Below are positions 1-10,800 of a DNA stretch of 64,000 nt, piece after piece; position 1 is the stretch's first letter; each line of letters begins with the position of its first letter. The position numbers and the translations under genes are program-made. The DNA comes from Thalia democratica. Lineage: Eukaryota. The notes beneath the pieces were generated by a model, which was not told where the DNA came from, made no database searches, and worked only from the letters and a program-made list of their open reading frames with translations. The stretch covers positions 46,190,001-46,254,000 of the forward strand of contig OZ241832.1 in assembly GCA_965202585.1 (NCBI GenBank), read 5' to 3'.

Positions 1-835
1 AATTAAAACATCTTCACTGCATATTTTGAAGCATCGTTAACTGATCAAAGAAACTACAATTCAAGTAAAATAAAAATGACTTGACCAAACAATGAAGCAG
101 TATGATCGAAGAAGTGTATACGTTTATAAGTTAAAGTATGTTTAACTCAATTACAACTGCTTAACTACTAAAAGTAGCTTCTAAGTGTACTAAAAACTAG
201 ATTCATCACAATGTTCTGCACAACGTAGGCAGTTGACTAAGTGTTTTGCTATGGTTAATTTTAAAAAGATTGCTAAACCATTACTAGTTATCTCTGACTT
301 GGTATTAATGTTAATCCAAGCTCATTATAAACAAGTTATATTTTGTTCTCAGGTGTTTCGAACACTTTTGTTGTAACAACAGCATTTAAGTTTGTAAAAA
401 CATGACCAATTTTTTTTATTTATTGCTGTGTCTTTTTCTTTTAATTTAAGAAATTTTCTTATCTCAAACTTGTACATTGCTTAATCACTTATACTATCGT
501 AGAACTTGTACAAATTCTTAAACTACATATGCTTTTTAGTTTAGCTAATTAGTTATTTTGTATGTAGTATAAAACTAGTTAATTTCTGTCTTATAATGTT
601 GCTATGTCGTTACACTGTAATGATATTGTGTACTCTAACAACTAAAAATCAATAGCTGAATAGTTTTATGAAGCTTGAAGCTAAGAAAAAAATGTGAAAA
701 GTAAAGACTAGAAAGGCTTAATTTATTTTTATTAGTTGGACAAAGTGGGCTCTAAACATAAGAAACACTTAAGCAAACAATCTACAAGTTTCAGACAGCA
801 TATTTGTTTATAATCGCTTTTTTTCGCTGCTAGAC

Positions 836-946
836 GCCTACGACCATACCACACTAAACGCACCCCATCTCGTCCGATCTGGGAAGTTAAGCAGTGTCTT
901 AGTACTTGATGGGTGACCGCTTGGGAATACCGCGTGCCGTAGGCTT
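836..946 (+). rRNA. 5S: 5S rRNA-like gene, internally deleted (U1; also G21A)
   Basis: GCCTACGACCATACCACACT...GAAGTTAAGCAGTGTC/TTAGTACTTGATGGGTGACCGCTTGGGAATACCGCGTGCCGTAGGC followed by TTTTCTTTTT terminator. Matches the eukaryotic 5S consensus but lacks ~nt 64-71 and one G near 81; probably a pseudogene or variant. Confidence 0.92.
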
Positions 947-1039
947 TTCTTTTTGAGCTGTTGTATGTTGGACCAATGATTCATACCGATCATATACATT
1001 TTTCGTTTATCTTAAACTTATCTTACTTTAAAAAAACAT

Positions 1040-4000
1040 AACTTAAAACAAACAGTTACAGCAGTTTTGAGTCATCAAGTGTGTCATACATAGTGTTCAA
1101 TTGAGTTACAAAGCTGTATACTTCTTTTCCTTTGCATAACGTTTCAGCTGTTAGTATTTTTATGTATTGATGTTTTCATTTGAAAAATCCGTAAGCTACT
1201 AAGTTCAAAAAAAGTCTAGGGTTTGTAAAACGAAAGATTTAATGATGGTTGTACTGAAACTGTATGCTTTTGATTGTCTTTTTTTTGTTTTGAACAATCA
1301 CAGTTGTTTACTTTTATTTGTTGTATAACTTTGAGACTGTTTTTTATATTAAGTTTTAAATTGAGTTTCAACAAACATAGTTAATATAACTTTTTTAATT
1401 AAACCTCAAATGATCAAGTATTTTTAATAAGTTTATTTAACGTATAAAATAAAAACTAACTGTTTTATTTCCATTTAAAATATAATTGTTACTTATAGTG
1501 ACGTAGGACAAATTTTTAAAAACAAACTAAGTAGTTATTTAATGAAAAAAAAAAACAAGTATACAAAGTAAGCGTATATGAGAATAAGTTTTGTGCAAAT
1601 AAAGAAGTTTTTAAGAAAAAGCCTACGGACAACACACTGAAGTTAGTTGAAGCTTTTTATGAAACATTCAATTATAACTAATTTATAAAACTTGTTCAAC
1701 GATTTAAACAATATTTTTAAAACATAACTAGCTCCTTTCTCAAAGTAGTTGAAAATGGTCAGATAAAATTACAAAAGCAATTATAAGGAGCTCAAAAAAC
1801 GTTATGTAGAAGTAAAATGTTTCATTCAACTAGCTCTAACTCTTACATTTGATCTTTTACCAGCACAAAGTTGTTAAAATTGTACACATATTTTGTTTAG
1901 TTAATGGTAGTTTAATACTGCTTAGTATACATTAAAAGCTAGTTAAACAAATAGGTAGATTACCATTGATTTATAAAAAAGCATAGTAAAAAAAAAATTG
2001 TTAAAGCCGTTTTAAGCTATCAAATTGTATTATATGTGGTTTAGATAAGTGATATGTACCATAAAAAACTGATAGAACTAAATGGTAACATCCTGTTACT
2101 TCTTTTGTACCAATTGATTTAGTTTGATTTAAATGTTGATGCTTTAACTTGATAAAGCTATAAGCAATGTTAAATCAACTAAACAATGCAAGATTTTTAA
2201 GGTTAAAGATTCTAATTGTTCTTTTTTGTTCATGTTGTAATAAGTTGTATACTTGTTGATGTTGTTTTTTGCTTATGTTTTTTATGAGTTTTAAATTGCA
2301 ATGCATGTTTTCAATTGTGTTTTAGTTGAAGTTTGGTTATAACTTTCTGAAACAAGATCAAATAAAGCTGTGAACAATTTGAGTTCAATAAAACAGTTTT
2401 AAGCTTTGTAAAAAGATTTTGGTCGTGTTACTTCATGATTGTTGTACTGAGATCGCAAGTTTGTTAATGGTTTTCATTTTGACTTGAACATCAACTGTTG
2501 TTTACACATGTATATTTTACAACTCTAAACTGTTTTATATAGTTTGAAATACATGCAATAAATAGTAATAAAAAATTCTAGAAGCTATTGATGAGATTTT
2601 TTTTAATAATAAACAAAGTTAAGCTTATTTTGTTACAATTTAATGTATTATTTTCATTTAAAAATATAACATTTTTTTACGATGACGTAGAATTTTTTTT
2701 TTAGATAAACTAAATATTTGTTAGATATTGCAAAAAGAAGTAAACAAAGTAAGCATAGTGGGAATAAGTATTGTTTAAAAAAAGAACTTAACGAGAAAAT
2801 CCTATGGACACAAAAATCAAGTTAGTTAAAAAAGTTTAATTACATGTAGCGTAAGAGACTTAAGCGATGCTTTTTAATTGCAACTAGCTCCATCCTCACA
2901 AGTAGTTTAAAATGTCATGTAAGAGAACCAAAACAATTGTAAGTACAACAAAGTGACTAAAAATAAAACATAAAAGTAAAACTTTAAGTAAAGTGTGTTA
3001 TACAAACATTCTGACTGACCTTTTACCTTGCTTTTGGGCTTTCACCAGCACAAGGAACATTAAGTTTGGTACATTTTTGTCGTTTAGTTGGAGCTTGTTT
3101 AACATTGCTTAGTGGGCATTAGTAAGTGGTTAAATTAAGTGGTGGTCCTGATAACTTTACATTTATAACAAAAATAACTAATGACAAACTGTTTAAGTCG
3201 TTTTAAGTCATCAAGTTGTCTCACATGTAGTTGTAACAAGTAACACAAATGAATGGTAAGAATATGTTACTTCTTTTCCTGTGTACCATGTTTCAGCTAA
3301 TGAATTGGTTTGTTTCATATGTTTGACTAGTTAAGCAACCTAACAAATAGATGTCGTCTTTGGAAAATTATAGTTTTAGGTATACACTTTCATCATTTAT
3401 TTAAGCTGTTTTTGTTTTGGTCAATTGTGTGCTTGTTGATAGTATTATGTTTCTTTTGAACAATCGATGTTGTTTACATTTATGTATTGTAATGTATGAA
3501 TTTTGAATAGCTATGCATGTTTTTGGTTGTAATTGAACAATACTTTTTATGAAACGTTAACACTTTATTGCTATTAACAGTTGAAAACATTTTCTATTAA
3601 TAATTCAGTGAAGTTTTATTCTTATTATTTTCATTAAAAAATATAACTAGTTTTTACAGTGACGTAGCATAACTTTATTTTAATAAACTAAAAACCAAAT
3701 AATTATTGAATGATAAACGAACAAAAGTCCACAAAGTAAGCATGAATAAGAATGAGTTCCTTGATTAAATGAGATAACAAGAAAAAGACCACGAAAAACA
3801 CGTTCAAGTTAGTTAAAGATTTTCACTAAGCATTCAAGTACCTTAAGCAATGAGTTAAGGGTTAGAGCAGTGATCACACTAGTTTCCTTCGTAAAAGTTA
3901 CATCAAAAACAAAGTAAAAGTGGAGAAATCATAGCAAGCTTAACTATTTAATTAACAATGGAAAGCGATAAAATATAAATTTAAAGTGAGATGTGGTGTT

Positions 4001-5590
4001 CTTGGATCGTTTATAAGCATAAAGTGGATTAAGAATGAAATTGTGTGAGTTTAGTAGACATTAGCAGCTTGTATAACTGATTGGTGGTGCACGTAAGCTT
4101 TAGACTTATGGAAAGAATGATTACAGTAGTTTTTATTTGTGTCATGTACAGCCTAAAAACGAGATACAAAAAATGGTAACAACTTTTTTTCTTTGTATCA
4201 TGTTTTTATGTGTAGTTGTTTTTATTTGATAAAGCCACTAACAATTTGAGTTGAACACAACAATCCTAAGGTTAATACAAATATTTCAACAGTACTGTTA
4301 AATTGTTGTTATACTTAAATTGAATGTTTGTTTGAAAAAACGCTGTTTTACATAAATGAATTGTACAACTTTTAATAACTTTTTAACGGTTTCAGTTGCA
4401 TTCTTATTAACAAGATTAATACATTTTGAAAATAAAATCCAAGTTTAGTTGCTGTAATTGAGTCAAGTAAGTATATATTATTGCAAAGTTAAGTTTTTCT
4501 CTCATTGTAATTGAAAGTATTATTTTCATTCAAACTTTTATTTTTACTTTTAAGTGACATAGCACTATTTCTTTTAATAAACAAAATTCAAATTTTTTTA
4601 AATGTTTGAAAAACAAGTCCACAAAGTAAAATGAATCAAAACAAGTTTTGTTTAAACAAGAAAATGCCTATGGAAATTTTTACCTAACACTTAGATACTA
4701 AATATTATTCCACAGTTTAAGCAATGATTTCAAACATAACTAGCTCTTTCTCAAAAAGAGTTTCATCAAGTAAAAGTAAAAAAAAAACTATAGTAAGTGT
4801 AACTAAGTGGTAAGACAGGAAAACAGGGATATTGTCACTCATAAGTAAACTGTATTATCCAAGTATACTAACTGTTAATCCACCAACACAATGTAGATTA
4901 AGGTTTGTACATTTAGTCGTTTTATTAAGGCTTGTTTGACACAGTTTAGAGACTCTAGTAGCTGGTTAAATCAATTGGTTGTCCTGATTACTTTAGATTT
5001 AAGGCAAATATAAACTAAACTAAAGCATTATAGTTGTTTTAGGTCATCAAGTTGTATCATATCTAGTTTTTACCTTAAAATATATGAAACAAGTGGTACA
5101 AGCTGTTACTTTTTTTCTTTTGTACCATGTTTCAGCTAATGAATTGACTTGTTTCAGATGGTGGCGTTTTAACTTGACAATATATCTAAACAAGCTAAGT
5201 TTATGTTAGCTTTGTAAGAAAGAATAATTAACTGTACTTGAAAATCACACTTGTTGTTTTTGTTCTGAACTTTTACTTCCATTTTTGTACTTTCAAAAAC
5301 GTGTTCCACGGTTTCAATCGCATTCAAAATGTTAAGAAGAACACATTTGAAAAGTTATAGCTCATTGTGTTACTTACAAACAACAAAAGCTTAAAAAGAT
5401 AATTTAAATTGTTTTTTTTTTGTTATAAGTTGAACATAAAGTTTTTTTTAAAACGAATATACTTACTTACTGAATGTTTTAACAGAAGTTCAACAAATGA
5501 ATAAGAAGTAGTTTTCTTTATAAAAAATGTTAAGAAGAAAATAACTTACGGGCAATATATTCAAGTTAGTTAAACCTTTTTTGCAAATAT
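1040..5590. repeat. Degenerate ~0.9-1.2-kb sub-repeat (4-5 copies) forming the spacer; present in every unit
   Basis: Recurring ordered motifs: TGAC(G/A)TAG at 1499, 2683, 3660, 4555; ACAAAGTAA; AGAAAA-(G/T)CCTAYGG-like at 1621, 2800, 3787, 4666, 5544; (C/G)AAGTTAGTT; AACTAGCTC; GTCATCAAGT at ~1070, 3206, 5043. Confidence 0.8.
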
Positions 5591-5762
5591 TTTTATTGCT
5601 ACTACTATTTTTTTTCATGTTAGATTTATTCCATAATGTAAGAGTTGAGTAGGACAAAATAGTTTGTCTTTTTATTTGTATAAATATCAATTTGTTGGTA
5701 TTACTGTTAAAGCAAATTTTACTTACAAGTAGTTATCTAATAGCTGGTTTTATTCAAATGGT

Positions 5763-5778
5763 GGTCCTAAAAAGGACC
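5763..5778 (-). terminator. Histone 3' stem-loop of H2B (equivalent in each H2B copy)
   Basis: GGTCCT-TTTT-AGGACC followed by ACC, 13 nt after the H2B stop. Confidence 0.95.
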
Positions 5779-5791
5779 GGTTGTTGAGCAT

Positions 5792-6128
<337 letters not shown>

Positions 6129-6173
6129 AATGATGAGTGAACTTGAGTCTCGGCTCTGGTATATATACTGAAA

Positions 6174-6189
6174 ATTTATGCAAATTAGC
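6174..6189 (-). promoter_or_regulatory. H2B promoter octamer element (ATTTGCAT on coding strand) just upstream of TATATA (~6160-6167)
   Basis: Plus strand ATTTATGCAAATTAGC; the octamer is the established Oct-1/POU site of H2B promoters. Confidence 0.75.
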
Positions 6190-6240
6190 AGTTCTGTACG
6201 CGAACGACCGCTTCTCTCGTTTGTCGTAAATGTTTTAGGT

Positions 6241-6256
6241 GGTCCTGAAAAGGACC
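6241..6256 (-). terminator. Histone 3' stem-loop of H2A
   Basis: GGTCCT-TTTC-AGGACC followed by ACC. Confidence 0.95.
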
Positions 6257-6270
6257 TGGTTTGTTTAAAC

Positions 6271-6651
6271 TTAGGCGGACTTTTTTGAAGCGGTCTTCTT
6301 AGGCAATAATACTGCCTGGATGTTTGGAAGAACACCACCTTGAGCAATAGTGACGCCTCCGAGAAGTTTGTTCAACTCTTCGTCGTTGCGGATAGCTAGT
6401 TGCAAATGGCGAGGAATGATCCTGCTTTTCTTGTTGTCACGAGCAGCGTTACCGGCAAGCTCGAGCACTTCTGCGCTCAAGTACTCGAGAACGGCAGCCA
6501 GATAAACTGGAGCACCGGCTCCGACTCTTTGGCTGTAGTTGCCAGTGCGCAACAGACGGTGCACGCGACCGACTGGAAACTGCAGTCCTGCACGAGAAGA
6601 CCTGCTCTTCGGCTTAGATTTGAGTTTTGATCCTTTACCACGTCCCGACAT
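6271..6651 (-). CDS. H2A: Histone H2A (U1), 126 aa
   Basis: MSGRGK...[17 protein letters not shown]...LLPKKT; ATG at 6651; stem-loop downstream. Confidence 0.98.
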   Translation of the reverse strand: MSGRGKGSKLKSKPKSRSSRAGLQFPVGRVHRLLRTGNYSQRVGAGAPVYLAAVLEYLSAEVLELAGNAARDNKKSRIIPRHLQLAIRNDEELNKLLGGVTIAQGGVLPNIQAVLLPKKTASKKSA

Positions 6652-6731
6652 GCTGTGTTCGAATGATTGTGCAATGTTACTTGCACAGCTACATATACAA
6701 CTCAAACCAACCTAACCGCGACGAACGAAAA

Positions 6732-6747
6732 GCTAATTTGCATAAAT
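6732..6747 (-). promoter_or_regulatory. H2A promoter octamer element
   Basis: GCTAATTTGCATAAAT, the exact reverse complement of the 16-mer in the H2B promoter. Confidence 0.7.
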
Positions 6748-6803
6748 CGTAGCTGCTACTTTAATTTGTCAATGGTTGCAAAATACATTTTATTGATATA
6801 GGT

Positions 6804-6819
6804 GGTCCTAAAAAGGACC
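6804..6819 (-). terminator. Histone 3' stem-loop of H4
   Basis: GGTCCT-TTTT-AGGACC followed by ACC. Confidence 0.95.
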
Positions 6820-6833
6820 GGTTCGCTAATTGT

Positions 6834-7208
<375 letters not shown>

Positions 7209-7222
7209 TTACGACAAAACTC

Positions 7223-7230
7223 ATTTGCAT
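7223..7230 (-). promoter_or_regulatory. H4 promoter octamer
   Basis: ATTTGCAT ~40 nt upstream of the TATATA at ~7178-7185. Confidence 0.6.
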
Positions 7231-7292
7231 ACCAAAAAGAAACATCTTTAATTTACATTATTTCGTTTGGTTTTTGTCTCATTTTCAAAGGT

Positions 7293-7308
7293 GGTCCTGG
7301 AAAGGACC
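7293..7308 (-). terminator. Histone 3' stem-loop of H3 (variant loop TTCC in U1/U2)
   Basis: GGTCCT-TTCC-AGGACC. Confidence 0.93.
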
Positions 7309-7323
7309 GGTTTTAGCCAATTC

Positions 7324-7836
<513 letters not shown>

Positions 7837-7884
7837 TTAGTAACACTGTTTACGTTTTAAATTTTGTTTATACTTTAATTGAGT

Positions 7885-7900
7885 GGTCCTGAAAAGGACC
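7885..7900 (-). terminator. Histone 3' stem-loop of H1
   Basis: GGTCCT-TTTC-AGGACC followed by ACT. Confidence 0.95.
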
Positions 7901-7917
7901 TTGGGTAAAAGAACAAC

Positions 7918-8502
7918 TTATTTCTTGCAGCTCTTCTTGGTACTTGCCTTCTTAGATGCTTTTTTGGCTGCCGGCTTCTTCTTTGTTACTTTCTTCTTCT
8001 TGCTTGCAGCTTTTTTAGACGCTGCCTTCTTAGGAGCACACTTTTTAGCAGGTCGCTTTTTGGCTGCTGGTTTTTTTGCTGCCTTCTTGGGAGCACACTT
8101 CTTCACTCGTTTTTTAGCTGCGGTCTTCTTTACTGCTGGCTTTTAAGCTACTTTTTTTGTCCTCTTCTTGGGACCAGCAGCTGGCATTGGAGCAAGCTTG
8201 AACGAGCCAGAAGCGCCTTTTCCAGTAGTCTGGAGAAAAGCACCCTTGGTCACGCCGCTGGTAAGTGCTCTCTTCAAGTGAGAATTAGAAGCTGAGAGCT
8301 CAAGCTTGTAGGTTTCCGCGATAAACTTTTGTATCTTCTGGCGGGATGTACCTTTTCGTTCTTTCATTGCTCCCAGGGCAGAGCTGATCATTTCCCTGTA
8401 AGTCGGGTGTTCTGCCTTCTTGGCGCTTGGTCTCTTGGAAGACCTGGCCTTAACTGCGGCCGGTGCCGCTGCTGATGGTGCTGCTACTGCTGTTGTAGAC
8501 AT
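7918..8502 (-). pseudogene. H1: Histone H1 with premature stop (U1)
   Basis: AAA>TAA at 8143-8145 truncates the protein at 119 aa, after the globular domain (HPTY...GASGSFKL); intact copies are 194 aa. Confidence 0.9.
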
Positions 8503-8639
8503 TTTGTATGATGATTAAAGAAAGCAAAACAATACTTTCAGCAGTTACTGACTGTGACGAATTGACTGTTGAGCAGTTTTGCTTTCTCAGGTACCTTTTA
8601 CTGATTATACGAGCATTAGCGTTTGAGTTTAAAGCCTGT

Positions 8640-8647
8640 ATGCTAAT
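8640..8647 (-). promoter_or_regulatory. H1 promoter octamer variant ATGCTAAT
   Basis: One mismatch to ATGCAAAT; ~30 nt upstream of the TATAAT-like box at ~8604-8610. Confidence 0.4.
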
Positions 8648-10689
8648 AAAAGCAAAGTTGCTTTACTACTAATGTTAAAAATGTTCCAGTGATAAAGAAA
8701 CAAGACTTAGCCCGATCCAGAAGTGAATTTTTTTTTAAAGGTTAGCTTTAAAAGTCCAGAAAAACAGTCTAAATGCTACAGGACATCTCTCCATTTAGTG
8801 AGATAAACCACAAATGAAACAAATTATACTACTACACACCCGACTTAGTTTTCTTAAGCTGAAAGGTTAAAGTAGTAAAGTTTTAGACAAGGACAAGTGT
8901 TTTTTTTTCATCTCAAGCTCAAGCAAAGTTTTATTATTTTATTTCCAGCCAGCTTTGTTAACCGTAAAACCCATGAAGTATGTTTAACTTGATTACATTT
9001 TAAACTGTGCTGATTTGTAAAAAAAAACCGAAAAATGCACAAGTATTCGTTTTGTGTGATTTTACTAGTTATCATTACCTTAAATTTACTCATAATAAAA
9101 AGGGTAGTACTAAAAAAATTAATTACACCATCTAATTCAATTTAACTACTTAAGTTTTAAGTTTGTTCTTGCACATACTAGTCACTTACCTTCTCAAAAA
9201 CGCGCTGAACATATAAAAAGTTACAAACACATCAAAAGTTACAAACAAAAGTTTAAAAGCAAGTAGGTTTATTTTAAAAAGTGCCAATAAGTTTATGTAA
9301 AAAGAAAGTAGTTACACAGTTAAAAGTATTTAAAATAACTTTTCAAACTGTTTGTTTTAGTTTTTCAACAACGTTTTATCTGTTATACTCGAAACTGAAC
9401 TAAGACTTTTCTTTGCAGATTTTACAAATAGATTTGATCGTAACTTTCCAAAGCAAGATAAAACTGTTTACATTTAAATAAACATCAGTACTGTTCAAAG
9501 AATTTTTGCAAGACCAAAATATCAATACGAAGTTATTAAAAAGTTTCTTATCAATGCTTATTACGAGAAGAAAAGTCTTACGTAAAAAAAGATGTTAGGC
9601 TTATTTTTAAAGCAGTATTAAAAAAGAAGCGTTCCTAAACAAAAAAAAGTTAAAAAATCAAACAGTATTCAAGCAATAATCTTTCAAAACTCATTTGAAA
9701 ACCTTAATGTTTAGATAAACTTTCGTGTACAATCAGTACTTAAAAGGTTGCAATGTGTTTAACAAAGTAAATGTTTTTTAGAGTAATACAGTTAAAGTTT
9801 ATTATTCCAAAGTTTGTTTCGTCGTTTCAAAACTAGATAAAACAAATTGAAACACCTTCACTACATATTTTGAAGCATCGTCAACTGATCAAAGAAACAA
9901 AACTACAATTCGAGTAAAATAAAAATGACTTGACCAAATAATGAAGCAGTATGATCGAAGAAGTGTATACGTTTTAAGTTAAAGTATGTTTAACTCAATT
10001 ACAACTGCTCAACTACTAAAAGTAGCTTCTAAGTGTACTAAAAACTAGATTCATCGCAATGTTCTGCACAATGTAGGCAGTTGACTAAATGTTTTGCTAT
10101 GATTAATTCTAAAAAGATTGTTAAACCATTACTAGTTATCTCTGACTTGGTATTAATGTTAATCCAAGCTCATTATAAACAAGTTATCTTTTGTTCTCAG
10201 GTGTTTCGAACACTTCTGTTGTAACAACAGCATTTGAGTTTGTAAAAACATGACCAATATGTTTTAGTTATTGCTTTTTCTTTTAATTTATGATCTTTTC
10301 TTATCTCAAACATGTACATTGCTTAATCACTTATACTATCGTAGAACTTGTACAAACAAACTTAAGTAGTGTTAAACTACATATGCTTTTTAGTTTAGCT
10401 AATTAGTTATTTTGTATGTAGTATAAAACTAGTTAATTTCTGTCTTATAATGTTGCTATGTCGTTACACTGTAATGATATTGTGTACTCTAACAACTAAA
10501 AATCAAAGCTGAATAGTTTTATGAAGGTTGAAGCTAAGAAAAAAATGTGAAAAGTAAAGACTAGAAAGGCTTAATTTATTTTAATGAGTTAGAACAAAGT
10601 GGGCTCTAAACATAAGAAACACTTAAGCTAACAATCTACAAGTTTCAGACAGCTTATTTGTTTATGATCGCTTTTTTTCGCTGCTAGAC

Positions 10690-10800
10690 GCCTACGACCA
10701 TACCACACTGAACGCACCCCATCTCGTCCGATCTGGGAAGTTAAGCAGTGTCTTAGTACTTGATGGGTGACCGCTTGGGAATACCGCGTGCCGTAGGCTT
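10690..10800 (+). rRNA. 5S: 5S rRNA-like gene, internally deleted (U2)
   Basis: Same 110-nt sequence and T-run terminator as at 836. Confidence 0.92.

Noticed and set aside
5490-5690. 66-aa minus-strand ORF downstream of H2B
   Set aside because: Open only in U1 because of a homopolymer length difference; spacer sequence.
8908-9093. 61-aa minus-strand ORF upstream of H1 in every unit
   Set aside because: AT-rich low-complexity composition, no recognisable motif or stem-loop; conservation is explained by the repeat.
9183-9200. Minus-strand GAAG|GTAAGT as a possible spliced-leader RNA gene (SL genes are often 5S-linked)
   Set aside because: No convincing Sm site (RAU4-6GR) or SL hairpins nearby and no similarity to SL sequences I know; a single donor-like hexamer is expected by chance.
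9216-9246. 13-nt direct repeat AAAAGTTACAAAC x2
   Set aside because: Short A-rich duplication, most simply slippage; no independent evidence of function.
9419-9984. Protein-looking translation of the spacer segment
   Set aside because: About 12 stops in 180 codons in the frame I followed, no better than random AT-rich DNA; no recognisable domain.
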